From NCBI RefSeq assembly GCF_004010195.1, contig NC_057718.1, positions 39,798,579-39,862,578 of the forward strand: 64,000 nt of DNA, written 5' to 3'. Source of the stretch: Chiloscyllium plagiosum. Its lineage: Eukaryota. The position numbers and the translations under genes were made by a program. Below, piece after piece: positions 50,246 through 61,679 of this stretch (position 1 is its first letter; the number at the start of each line of letters is the position of its first letter). The notes under the pieces are model-generated. The model was not told the DNA's origin and did no database searches. It worked only from the letters and a program-made list of their open reading frames with translations.

Positions 50246-51642
50246 GTTGCTTGTTTAACTAATTTAAAACTACTTAGCAGAATGTTTTAAAAAGACATTA
50301 ACAAAGGCTGGCAAATACGTGTACATACAGAAAATACACAACAGTTATCAAATCGGATAAAGGGACAAGATGCCAGTGGATTAGTCCAAGTGAACAAAAT
50401 GAAAAATGGAGCAGTGATGGTGGTGTAAGGAAAACAAATTTAAATATGGCACCATTCAGGCACTTAACTGGACACCAGTGGGTCTTTACCAAGATAAAAG
50501 AGGCCATAGGTGTTAGCTCCGCCTGCTGCTTAGGTGAATAACAGTCAAAGAAACATTAGTTGCTGCTGGTATAACACATTCGCGAGGACCAGTGCTATTG
50601 CTGGATCATAGGCCACAGGTGAGTGATGGTAGGAAGAGAATGTCAAGATGGGAGTCTCAGGGAAAAGGGGCATCAGTCACAAGGGCAGGAAAGCTAATTC
50701 TCAGTAGGCCTTCACTTCCCAGTGCCAGGTTCTCAAACAGACATTGTGTCCTTGAACATAGGACAACCACCACCATGGAACACAAAACAAGCACCCTCAC
50801 GTTCGTTTGTTATGCTGTTCAGACAGGAAGCGCCCAGCACATCACGAGGTTAATACCAATGAAGACAGCATTACATCCTTGAGTAGGAATTGCCCACAGT
50901 TAGCAATGGGGAAGCAATATTCTTCACAAACCATCCTGCCATGGACTTAATTTGGGGTTGAGGTAGGAAGGTGGTGGGGCTCCCATTTGCCACCTTCCTG
51001 ATGGATTAGATGTCCTCTTGTTACCATACTCACGATGGGGTCAGGGATGGGGTTGGGGTAATTAAAGTTTTGTCCAATGGATCTGATGGTCATGGAAATA
51101 CAAAAAGGTATTATGTCTTGGCTCATGCCCTATCAATGCTGACAGACAAACTTCATCGCTGACATATGAACCATTGCACACATGTACGTAGCAACCTCAA
51201 GTTATAAAGGACACATTTTTTATGACACATGAAAAAGGTGATGTTTTAGTGCAACTTTTCCTCCTTTAGGCAAATTTACTCTATATATGCGAGTTATAAT
51301 TAATCTCAAGTGAAAATCAATTCCCGACCTTTGGCCAGAAAATCCTTAATTTTTCCTATATGTCAACACTGGTTTTTAAAGGTTTTTTTCCTTGATTTTT
51401 GACAATCACATTTTTGAACCCACATCAAAATAGACAAGACACTGCCAAGTATTCCTGATGTTATGGTAATACTACAAATGCTATTAAATCACCAACCCTT
51501 TAATCACATTATCATCCGCTACTAAGATTCACACTATGTTGTATTAAACTTTTAAAAGGGGGAACAAAATGTTGCCATTTCTGACCAGCTGTAGAGAGTG
51601 AGCTGATGGGAACAGCCTCCAACTCTGCCATCAGTTAATGTA

Positions 51643-52101
51643 GCTGAAAATCTGTTGCTGGAAAAGCGCAGCAGGTTAGGCAGCATCCAAGGAGCAGGAG
51701 AATCGACGTTTCGGGCATGAGCCCTTCTTTAGGAATGAGGAAAGTGTGTCCAGCAGGCTAAGATAAATGGTAGGGAGGAGGGACTTGGGGGAGGGGCGTT
51801 GGAAATGCGATAGGTGGAAGGAGGTTAAGGTGAGGGTGATAGGCCGGAGTGGGGGTGGNNNNNNNNNNNNNNNNNNNNNNNNNNNNNNNNNNNNNNNNNN
51901 NNNNNNNNNNNNNNNNNNNNNNNNNNNNNNNNNNNNNNNNNNNNNNNTATAGAGGAGGCCACATTGGGTGCAGCAGATGCAGTAAATTATGTGTGTGGAG
52001 GTGCAGGTGAATTTGTGGCGGATGCTGCCTGATCTGCTGCACTTTTCCAGCAACACATTTTCAGCTCTGATCTCCAGCATCTGCAGTCCTCACTTTCTCC
52101 T
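51643..52101. mobile_element. PLE family A with inverted ends, spanning an N gap
   Basis: KFTCTSTHIIYCICCTQCGLLY on the minus strand; hammerhead at 51703-51734 has a mutated core (CUAAAGA); 15-bp TSD ccatcagttaatgta at 51628-51642 and 52102-52116. Confidence 0.88.
51859..51947. other. Assembly gap (89 N)
   Basis: Run of n. Confidence 1.
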
Positions 52102-54269
52102 CCATCAGTTAATGTACCACTGTGAACAGTTAGTGAAATGAGAAAGCATGGCACTACAACAAACATAAATCAAAGTGCAAGATAAACCTTTACTCGTTGA
52201 TTCAATAGTGGAATACGGTGATTGATTGTGGTTTGCCCTTGCGATACCCGAGAAGAAATCCAGATTATAGCTATAGCTGCTTAACCTCCTGGTAATTGGT
52301 AAATATTTCAGGTTTTACAAGAACAATTATCCTTTAAACATGCATGGACGTCACCCTTCAAAAATATATTTAACTCTTGCTTACAGATCACGTCTAAACA
52401 CCTCAGTTTTCACACAAGTACAGTGTATATGGAGTAATTCTGAAAAGTGTGATTGTGCATGATGCATGAATTAAGTCTCATAACTTGCCAATTATGGTGT
52501 TTCCGGTCAAATCCAAACTAAGGTACTTATAAAAAATATCTGATTTGAGAACGATCTACTTCACTAAAAAGAGTAATGCATGAGGTATTATCATTTGTAA
52601 GGAGTTAGGTTTTACAAAGGTCAGAAATGCTAACCTTTCAGGATACCCCTGTCAAAATAAAAGACTGTTTTGCCTACTGAAAGAATTATTGCAATATGGT
52701 TGCATAAACTGTCAACAATTTTCTTTTGCAAAACAGTTAATATATTTCAGCAATTTGTAGGATATATATTATTTTACCCATAAAATATATGAATTACATG
52801 AAAAAGCAGTGTATATTTATATAATGCACACTGGCTTGGCAACTGGATGCAGTGCTTTGGTTGGCACCTGCATTAAAATAGCAACATTGAAAGAAAGCAA
52901 GCTTCAATTAAACAGATCTTTCAATGAATAAGCATGCCACAAATGTATTCCATTGAGACTTGCAATCCTTCACATGGGCATGGACATGAAAAATAGACAA
53001 CTGAAGTTCTATCAGAGTGATTCACTTGTGAAATCCTATAGTGAATAGCAAATACAATAGCTTTTTTTAATACATAAAAACAACCTTTTGGTGTCCTTGC
53101 CAACCACTCATATATAGCACCTTGCATTTAACTCTAGCTTCTAAAAAGCATTTCCTTGCAGGATGACATGTTTCACGAGAATAATGTATGAGGATGGTAG
53201 AAGTACGTATTCATAAATAGATAGCCCTTGAAGCATAATACTTTAATGGGCACCTTCAAATTGAATTTTGCTGAAGTCACCTTTTCAAGATGCCCAATGC
53301 CATGTGCTAAAGGTCATGTTCTAATATTAAACAGATACTACTATAGCCAGCAAGGAATATCATTGTTACTTTACATGTACAGTCATAGGTTCTTTACAAA
53401 CTGAATGACATACGATTAGCTTCTTTGATTTTGGCTTGCTGTTATAATTTTACTAAAAAATTTCATAAATCACATTTTGATCTTTAGTTTGTAAATTGCA
53501 TGCATTATTATTGTGCTATAGGGTGTACCAAAAGCACATTCTACAGATAACACAGCAAAACCCAAGGTTGAAATTCTGCAGCCTAAACATTTGAAAAACA
53601 TGTAAACTGACATTTCAGCTACAACCTAAATACAAACAAGCAAAGTATTAAGTCTAAGTGGTGAGTGTGTGATGAGCGATTGTGACCTTCCTTTAAAAAA
53701 AGGAAAAAATTTAATTCAAAACTTGGCGATCTGGAAAGATGCTCATTTAATTTTCAACTCTCTCTTTCTGCCTCTCAGACTTTTACACTAACCACACAGT
53801 GAAGGTTTACACAGACATTTAATAACGGAGTGGAAGAGCAGTGCTGGAAATGACCTGATATGCAGCAGTCTGAGATGACTAAAAATATAGAGTTCAATGT
53901 GGTTGTCAGCATGAACATTGAGTATCTCATAACTGGTGTGCGAGCCATCGTTGATTAGCCCTGAAAGCTTTCAAACAGACCAATATTAAGAAATATAGCT
54001 GGTCTCAGGAGTTTGTGAAAAAAATAAGTCAACCAATTAATCTGTGGACTTCGAAGTTGATTAAATACAGATTTTGTCACAAAAATCAAACACACGTCAA
54101 TTCACTACATTTCCAAGACATTTCCTTTCATTTTTCTTACAAATCTTTTACTTCCAGATTTGTAGATCACACATTGTTACATAATCAATAGTGCGACTTC
54201 CATCCCCCAGGCATGACGGTCAATACAGCACTGGAAACGCTAGCTCTGCAATGGACCTTATCTTCTACA

Positions 54270-54740
54270 TGGTCTTAATATCGTAAGGAATCTAAAATAC
54301 AAAAGCTGAAATAATACCAAGGATGAAGAATTCTGATTTTTAAAAGGCCAAAGAAGTTAGGAATTGTTCTACTTGGAGCAGAGAGATTAAAACGAGATAT
54401 TTGAAAGAGAAGAAACTGTTTCCATTGGCAGAAGAGTGAGTAACTAGAGGACACAGGTTTAAAGCGGTTGGAAAAATAACCAAGGGAAAACAAAATAATT
54501 ATGTTTTTGAACAGGACAGATTCTTGTGAACTGGAATTCATGCCTAAAAAGTGCAGTGGAAGCAGATTCAATGGTAATTTTCAAAAAGAGAATTGAATAA
54601 ATACTTGCAGAAAAATAAATGCACAGGCTTTGGAGAAACAGCAGAGAAATGAGATGAATTGAATAGCTCTACTAAATAGCCAGCACATGCCCAATGGGTT
54701 GAAGGCTGAATGGATTCTTCTGTGCGATCATTCTTTGTTT
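54270..54740 (+). mobile_element. Old CR1 3' end
   Basis: KLGIVLLGAEIKTR-like decayed segment; aactagaggacacagg; tail ggctgaatgg. Confidence 0.6.
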
Positions 54741-55101
54741 CTGTAATACATGATAAAAGAGATCTCCATTGTCACAAGTCAAACAACCTGACCCGCCCAT
54801 CAGTGAAGCTACTCTTGCTTTGTTGCAATAAAAGTGCTACCAGTTTTGGACCAGATTACCAAATGCAATGACTTCCGAATAAATCACTCCTAGAATTGTT
54901 CCTAACAGCAAGAGCAGAAGAAAGGCCTCATTCTTAAGTTGGTATTCAATGACAATGACCTGTGTGAGAGTCAGATATATGCTCTGCAACATAAATTGAG
55001 TTTAGAAGGCTCTGTGGGGAAAAAAGCAGCTCTCAGTAAAAAAACATTTGAAGTAGTTCCCCTCTTTCTGTGTCCTTTGCTTGGTGTAATTACACTTTCA
55101 G

Positions 55102-55141
55102 TATGTGTGATACATGCTGATAAGGCAGAGAATAAGACAAG
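55102..55141 (+). other. Weak candidate 40-nt plus-strand exon
   Basis: ...ttacactttcag|TATG...ACAAG|gtgagt; one open frame (CVIHADKAENKT). Confidence 0.2.
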
Positions 55142-56520
55142 GTGAGTACAAAGTAAAAAAAGTATGTGTTTTATTAATCTACTTGTGAATGTTTTTCCAT
55201 TGTCATATTTTTTATCATATTTGTCAATATTTATCACTGTAAATTACCTTAACATGTTCCACTGAAATTTTCCAGTCAGTGATTCAGTTTTGATGAGGTT
55301 CCATTTGTACATATACACACTGACACACAGAAATTTCTCATTGGAATACAGAACTTAGGAGGAGGAGTAGTAGGTCAAATTATGATTGTTCCCCAAAGGA
55401 TTAGCTTTAAAGGTATTGTAGTTTACAAGAGAAATCTTGGTTGAACTGATAAGTCAACCTAAGGGCCTAACATCTCTGAACATAAATTATAGAGTTCACT
55501 TAATCATATTTGCTTTGTTTAATTGTTCTATATAAAATAGTATTTGTATTTTGTTTAAAAGATATGAATCTTGGATTGGAGTTGGTTAAAACAGGGCATT
55601 TGAAATGTTAATGGGGCCCATAACTGTATCATATTTTGTACTTTAGCACAAAAAGGGAAACTGAAAATATTTTATTACAGGTACAATGAGCCTCCAACAG
55701 TTTGCCAGATTTTATTTTATCAAGAGTAAAATGTACCTCATGCTGTGGGCTGCTTCTTGTTTAAACTATTAACACTACTCCTTATCCAGCTGGTTCTGCC
55801 CTGTTGTAGGTCAGCTTGAGTAAATGTGATAACAGTGGCAGACCCAAGCCATCGATCATTGTCACACGCTGCCTGGTAAACAGGCCTTGCTGGGAGGCGA
55901 AACTTAGTGCTGTATCCTTCTGAACACAAGGCAAACCTGTAGCACTCTGCAACTGTGTTCACTGCAGAAACACACACTTTTGTGGTAATGCATTGCAACT
56001 TAGGGGACTCAACATCACTGATTGCATGGAACTTTAGGGGCAGGAACAGTTGCTCAGATATCATAATTACGCTATCAATTTTACACTTTTTTCAATATTG
56101 ATGGAGTTCCTATAGGCCAACAAGAGTAACATAACCAGAAGGAAGTAGCAGGTCCAACCACAAGTCATCAGTAGCTCGATTTCTTAGCAGCATCTGACCT
56201 TTAGAAGAAGGAAATGAAACCCGCTAGTGAGGTGGCCTTCCTTACAATGAAGGAAAGTTGATCATTTGTATCACAAGCCTGTTTCTGACAGTGGGAACTA
56301 TGAAATATTTACAGATTTTGGTGGTAAAAGTATGGTTACAATGACAAAGTAAAAAATTGTCTTTGAATATCTCATATAGAAAACAAACTGAAATTCAATT
56401 GAGCTAATCATAATCCCATAAATGGAAGGAGTCAATATAGTTACATCTTCATTTATTCAGCAATAATCGGATCAGTAATCACACTACACCAATTTATAGT
56501 CCAACAGGTTCATTTGAAAT

Positions 56521-56557
56521 CTCAAGCTTTTGGAGCGCTGCCCCTTCGTCAGGTGAT
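56521..56557 (-). ncRNA. Degenerate minimal hammerhead motif (G12 mutated to A)
   Basis: CAC CUGACGA A GGGGC agc GCUCC aAA AGCU U GAG. Confidence 0.55.
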
Positions 56558-56818
56558 GTGAAGAAAAGCACACTGGCATAGAATTTATAGGCAAAGAGAT
56601 CAAAAGATCACACAAATGGTGTGAGTGGTGTGTCGACAGTAATCCAAAACCGTACAAACAAATTAACGTTGTTTTCTGCAAACGATGGTCTATCCACGGT
56701 TTGACAGTTGTTTGAAGGTGAGAAGTTGCTGCATATGAATGGTGTTGGCAAGATATTTGTCATCACCAATGACATGTTGAAGAATACAAAGAACATGGAG
56801 TAGTTTCGCTGCTCCGGG

Positions 56819-57467
56819 TGTCTCAAAGCTAGTCCATTTTTTTTTCTAAAAGCTGTTCCTTGGCAAAAGGATACTCTGTCCTTGATTTTTTTCAGAGGGG
56901 TAATAAACCAGGCCAGGCTCCAATCAATCTGGTTTGGGACAGAAATGAAAAGGATTTTGAGAAGCCTTTTGTTTATATGTAACCAGATGAGACTTCAGGC
57001 CAAAGTGGTCATGTTTTAGAAGTGACCTGTACAATGAAAGGGGAGTGGTCAGCGCTTTCACTGAGCAATTTTAGTTTAGTCCTGAACTGGTTGGAAGTTC
57101 AACAGTGAGCTGTGTGGAAACTCTCCTTCTCTCCCTTTCTGCCCTTCAACTTCAACCTGTAAGCATATGTTCCATTTATACTGGTTTTTAAAAGGAGTTT
57201 GCTTATTGGGACTGTTGTATATATTCCGAACTGCATAATTAAGTCTAGTTTGTATAGGCTGAGTTTTGTAGGAGTTCTTTATTCTATTCTTTGTGTTTCA
57301 TTGTGTAATTTTGTGAATAAATTCTTGTTTGTTTTAAAATCTAGTAGACAACCTGGCTAACTTACTCCGGGTAATTTTCACTGTAAACTTACCGAAACAA
57401 ATTGCAAACATTTGCTCTGGGCTTCCTGCTTAAGAATGCTTTGAGTGATCTAGCCTAGTCCATTACA
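56819..57467 (+). mobile_element. Solo LTR (649 bp)
   Basis: TG...CA ends; 5-bp TSD ccggg / caggg (one mismatch); cleanly interrupts PLE coding sequence; internal aataaa. Confidence 0.7.
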
Positions 57468-57796
57468 CAGGGAGTACAGGACGACAAAGGGTATTCTATC
57501 GGTCATGTCCTGTATCTGTCTTCTGAGGCACAACAAACTACCCAGCCTTCAGAGCAACATCAACCACAACACCACACAACCCTGCCACAGCAAACTCTGT
57601 AAAACACACCAGATCATCGACATAGATACTACCATCACATGTGGGAACACTACCCACCATGTACACAGCAAATATTCATGTAACTCAGCCACTGTTGACT
57701 ACCTCATACGCTGCAGGCAAGGATGCCTCGAGGCATGGTAAATTGATGAGACCATGCAGATGACACAAAAACTGATGAACGGACACCGTGCAACAA

Positions 57797-58296
57797 NNNN
57801 NNNNNNNNNNNNNNNNNNNNNNNNNNNNNNNNNNNNNNNNNNNNNNNNNNNNNNNNNNNNNNNNNNNNNNNNNNNNNNNNNNNNNNNNNNNNNNNNNNNN
57901 NNNNNNNNNNNNNNNNNNNNNNNNNNNNNNNNNNNNNNNNNNNNNNNNNNNNNNNNNNNNNNNNNNNNNNNNNNNNNNNNNNNNNNNNNNNNNNNNNNNN
58001 NNNNNNNNNNNNNNNNNNNNNNNNNNNNNNNNNNNNNNNNNNNNNNNNNNNNNNNNNNNNNNNNNNNNNNNNNNNNNNNNNNNNNNNNNNNNNNNNNNNN
58101 NNNNNNNNNNNNNNNNNNNNNNNNNNNNNNNNNNNNNNNNNNNNNNNNNNNNNNNNNNNNNNNNNNNNNNNNNNNNNNNNNNNNNNNNNNNNNNNNNNNN
58201 NNNNNNNNNNNNNNNNNNNNNNNNNNNNNNNNNNNNNNNNNNNNNNNNNNNNNNNNNNNNNNNNNNNNNNNNNNNNNNNNNNNNNNNNNNNNNNNN
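57797..58296. other. Assembly gap (500 N)
   Basis: Run of n. Confidence 1.
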
Positions 58297-60121
58297 GATC
58301 ACTATACAATGTTGAGACCCTTTGGTAAACATTTGTCCAACGCCAAACCTTTCCAATGTGTAAAACAAATATGACCATTCAACCCTATCGAATGCTACTA
58401 CTCCAGGTATCTTTCCCTGATGGCAGGCTTGAATCATATTCAAAACCCTTCTAATATTATTGGATGATCTACGGCCCTTAATAAACCTCGTCTGATCCTC
58501 CTTTATGATATGTGGCAGTACCCTCTCTAGTCTCAGTGCTAACGTTTTAGAAAGGATTTTAAAATCTACATTTTGCAAGGATATTGGTCTGTATGACGTA
58601 CAATCTTCTGGATCCTTTCCTTTTTTAAGGATAAGAGAGATATTTGCCTCTTTCAGCGAAGGCGGGAGACAACCCTGACTATATGCATAGTTATACATGT
58701 CCATAAGTGGACCAGCCAATATTTCTGTAAATCCATTATAGAATTCAGATTGAAAACCATCTGGGCCAGGAGCCTTGCAGCTCTGAAGTTGCCTTATTGC
58801 ATCAAGTATTTCTTGGACTGTTAGGGGAGCATTTAAGACCGATACCTGTTCCGGAGTTAGAATAAAATTCTCTAAAGATCGCATTAATCTTTTTGTGATC
58901 ATGAGTCAAAATACCCGTACTTTCCTTGATAGACGTAATAGTTTGAGGGGCCTTTTGTTTCTTTGCAAGAAATGCTAAGTATCTACCCGGTTTGTCGCCA
59001 AATTCATATAACCATTGTTTTGCAAATAATATTTCCCTCTTAGCCGTTTGGGTAAGCGTAGTGTTTAGAGTTGTCCTAAGGGCCGTAATCCTTTGCAATT
59101 TAATAAAAGAAGGTCTATCAGCGTATGCTGTTTCAGCTGCTTTTAAGCGAGCTTCGAGCAGATGCTGTTGTTCTCCCTTTAATTTTTTCTGGGTCGCTGA
59201 GTAGGAGATGATCAAACCTCGCGCGTAAGCTTTGATGGTCTCCCACATCATTGATGGGTTGATAGCTGTACCTGAATTAATTTCTAAAAAAGTTTTAAAT
59301 TCTTGAGAGAAGTACTTTACAAATTTACTATCTTTCATTAGGAAGGGGTCCATATGCCAATGCTGAGGGGATGTCCCATTGTTCCTCTCCTTGGTTTCTA
59401 TATATACAGCAGCGTGGTCGGAAATTGCTATACTACCTGTTTTACGGATGATATGGAATTTTAAAAAAACGAGGGGGCAAAAAACATATCAATTCTGGTA
59501 TGACATTTATGTGGATTGGAGTAAAAAGAAAAATCTGCCCTGTGGATGAAGACATCTCCATACATCTACTAATCCGAATTCTTTATTCAAATCCACCAAT
59601 TGTCTAGATCTGGGAGTTACTCCTGCAGTACTCTTGGGAATCCTATCTATTTCCGGATCCATAATATAATTAAAGTCTCCCCCTATAATTATATGACGGG
59701 CATCAAAAGCCATCAATTTTGAAAAGGCTTCCGTTATAAATTTAAAGGGGTGTGCCGGGGGGCAGTACAAATTTAAAATCCCATATTCCTGTCCATTTAT
59801 GAGAGCTTTAATCAAGATATATCGTCCAGATTCGTCTTTTATCTGCTTTAGGATTTTGAAAGGGAAATTCTTCCGAATAAGAATAACAACTCCCCTGCTT
59901 TTTGAGCTAAAAGAAGAAAAAAAGGCCTGATCAAATCCACCCTGTTGTAATTTCAAGTGTTCTTTATCCAATAGGTGTGTTTCCTGTAGGAGAGCTATAT
60001 CAACTCTTTCTTTCTTAAGATTTGATAATATTTTCTTCCTTTTGACTGGCAAATTACTCCCCTTGACATTCCAGGTGCACCACTTAACCGACTGATCAAC
60101 CATAATCGTCCAGGCAAACAT
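58297..60121 (-). mobile_element. L1-clade LINE ORF2, N-terminal half (APE + start of RT), frameshifted
   Basis: TWNVKG...KRKKIL..LKK..VDIALLQETHL; IIGGDFN; LVDVWR.LHP; WETIKAYARG.II; KAPGPDGF..EFY; YRPISLQNVDFKILSKTLA.RL..VLP.II..DQ..FIKGR. Confidence 0.93.
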
Positions 60122-60141
60122 CTGACATTTTTAATCAGCTG

Positions 60142-60351
60142 GGAGAAAGTGAGGACTGCAGATGCTAGAGATCAGCATCAAAGAATGTGGTGCTGGAAAA
60201 GCACAGCTGGTCAGGCAGCATTTAAAGTGCAGGAAAATCGATGTTTCCAGCATAAAGAATCATGATGAAGAGCTTATGCTCGAAACATCGATTGTCCTGC
60301 TCCTTGGATGCTGCCTGACCAGCTGTGCTTTTCCAGCGCCATATTCTTCGA
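60142..60351. mobile_element. ~210-bp fold-back derivative of the PLE family A terminal repeat
   Basis: Arms about 60178-60255 and 60273-60351 are reverse complements; central hammerhead AUGAUGA A GAGC uuau GCUC GAA ACAU C. Confidence 0.8.
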
Positions 60352-60468
60352 CGTTTGATCACCTGCAGAGACCTATTATTTGGCCTGTTGACATTCTTCT
60401 CACACCATTTGTGTGATCTTTTGAGCTCTTTGCCTATAAATTCTGTGCCTGTGTGTTTTTCTTCACAT

Positions 60469-60503
60469 TACCTGATGAAGGAGCAATGCTCCGAAAGCTT
60501 ATG
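60469..60503 (+). ncRNA. Minimal hammerhead motif, core intact (family B-related)
   Basis: UAC CUGAUGA A GGAGC aau GCUCC GAA AGCU U AUG; first helix I pair is mismatched. Confidence 0.65.
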
Positions 60504-61679
60504 ATTTCAAATAAACCTGTCGGACCATAACCTGACGTCGTGTGACTTCTGACCTTGTCCATCCCAGTCAAACACAAGCACCTTCAATTTGGATTTTTCC
60601 AGGGACACACAGCCTAAAACTTCTTTGCAGTTTTGGTCCAAACATGAACTGAAGAGCCGGATTTCAGAGAGCAGGTGAGTGTCCCAATTATGAGGTCAAT
60701 AAAATATTATCTGGATTGAGTCTTTTTCAAGAAAATGCAGCAGGTTGTGTGATCTGTTCTGGAATCTGCCTGGAAGTAAGCCTGGGTGGTTTGATTGTTA
60801 GAGATCAAAGGAAGCCTCAGATTGTTTAACTAAGTATAAGGTGCATGTGTAGACAAGGAGTCTCCCCAAAAGGTGTTATAGGTAATGTGTTGTAAACAGT
60901 GGTGCTGTAATTTATCTATTCACTGAAGATGAAAAAGAGTTGGGATGAAAGATCACTAATTTGTACTTCCAATTAGATACAAAAGGTAATAGTTCCCATG
61001 GTTGTAGGGGAAAGAGTAAAGGAAGCTATTTTTGAAATTAGGTTACAGACCTCCCTGTCCACCTATGAATAAATCAGACAGCAGTTCCCTGTTTTCTACA
61101 GTCTGGTGTACAGCCAAGTGAGGTAGAAAGAAGCGAAAGAAACAGAGAAGGTTTACATGCTATGAAAATGTTGACCTTGTAGGTGAGATCTTGCACTCAG
61201 GATAAAGTCAACATTCATAAGAATTTAAGGGAGGCTGGTAGAGGCGCCTCTCTTGGAGCTAGAGGAAAAGATCAAGATTCATAATCCTTATGGTGAAAGA
61301 CTGTTCTGGGATTAAAAGTGGCAAAGTGGAAACAGAAGCAAGCCATTGGGAGCAGAGAATAACAGACTAGTTCTTGGGAGATCAAGTGCCCATTCAATGA
61401 TCAGTGTAATGATACCCATAGAGGTATTCACTCAGCTGCGCTCGAATTAGGGGATCTCTTTTCTGTTGTTTAAAGTCGAAATTGCCAATGGGAAGAAAAG
61501 GATATCTAATCAACAAGTTTTCTCTTTGTATTTTGTTACAGTAAAAATTTCAAATCCTGGTGTCATTTTCCTGTTACCTGAAAGTTCAATTTTTTCCTTA
61601 AAAAATATCAGCCTCTACAGAGAACACAGTAAGAGACAACCACTAATATCATTTTACAATCCTTGACAGTATTTGACTG

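Larger units (their letters stand above)
56484..60590. mobile_element. PLE (family B-related) with inverted terminal repeats, hosting an LTR, an L1 and a family A derivative
   Basis: Arms 56484-56637 (-) and about 60388-60540 (+) both carry hammerhead motifs. Minus-strand RT C-terminal remnant (DMTDRIPFVV); plus-strand linker/GIY-YIG at 57530-57796 (PCHSKLCK...YLIRCRQGC.EAW...MNGHRAT). Confidence 0.8.

Noticed and set aside
53750..53830. Strong plus-strand acceptor (tctctctttctgcctctcag)
   Set aside because: All frames stop within about 45 nt and no convincing donor follows.
57685..58902. 405-, 224-, 206- and 175-aa ORFs
   Set aside because: Their length comes from reading through 500 N; only the L1 part is real coding sequence.
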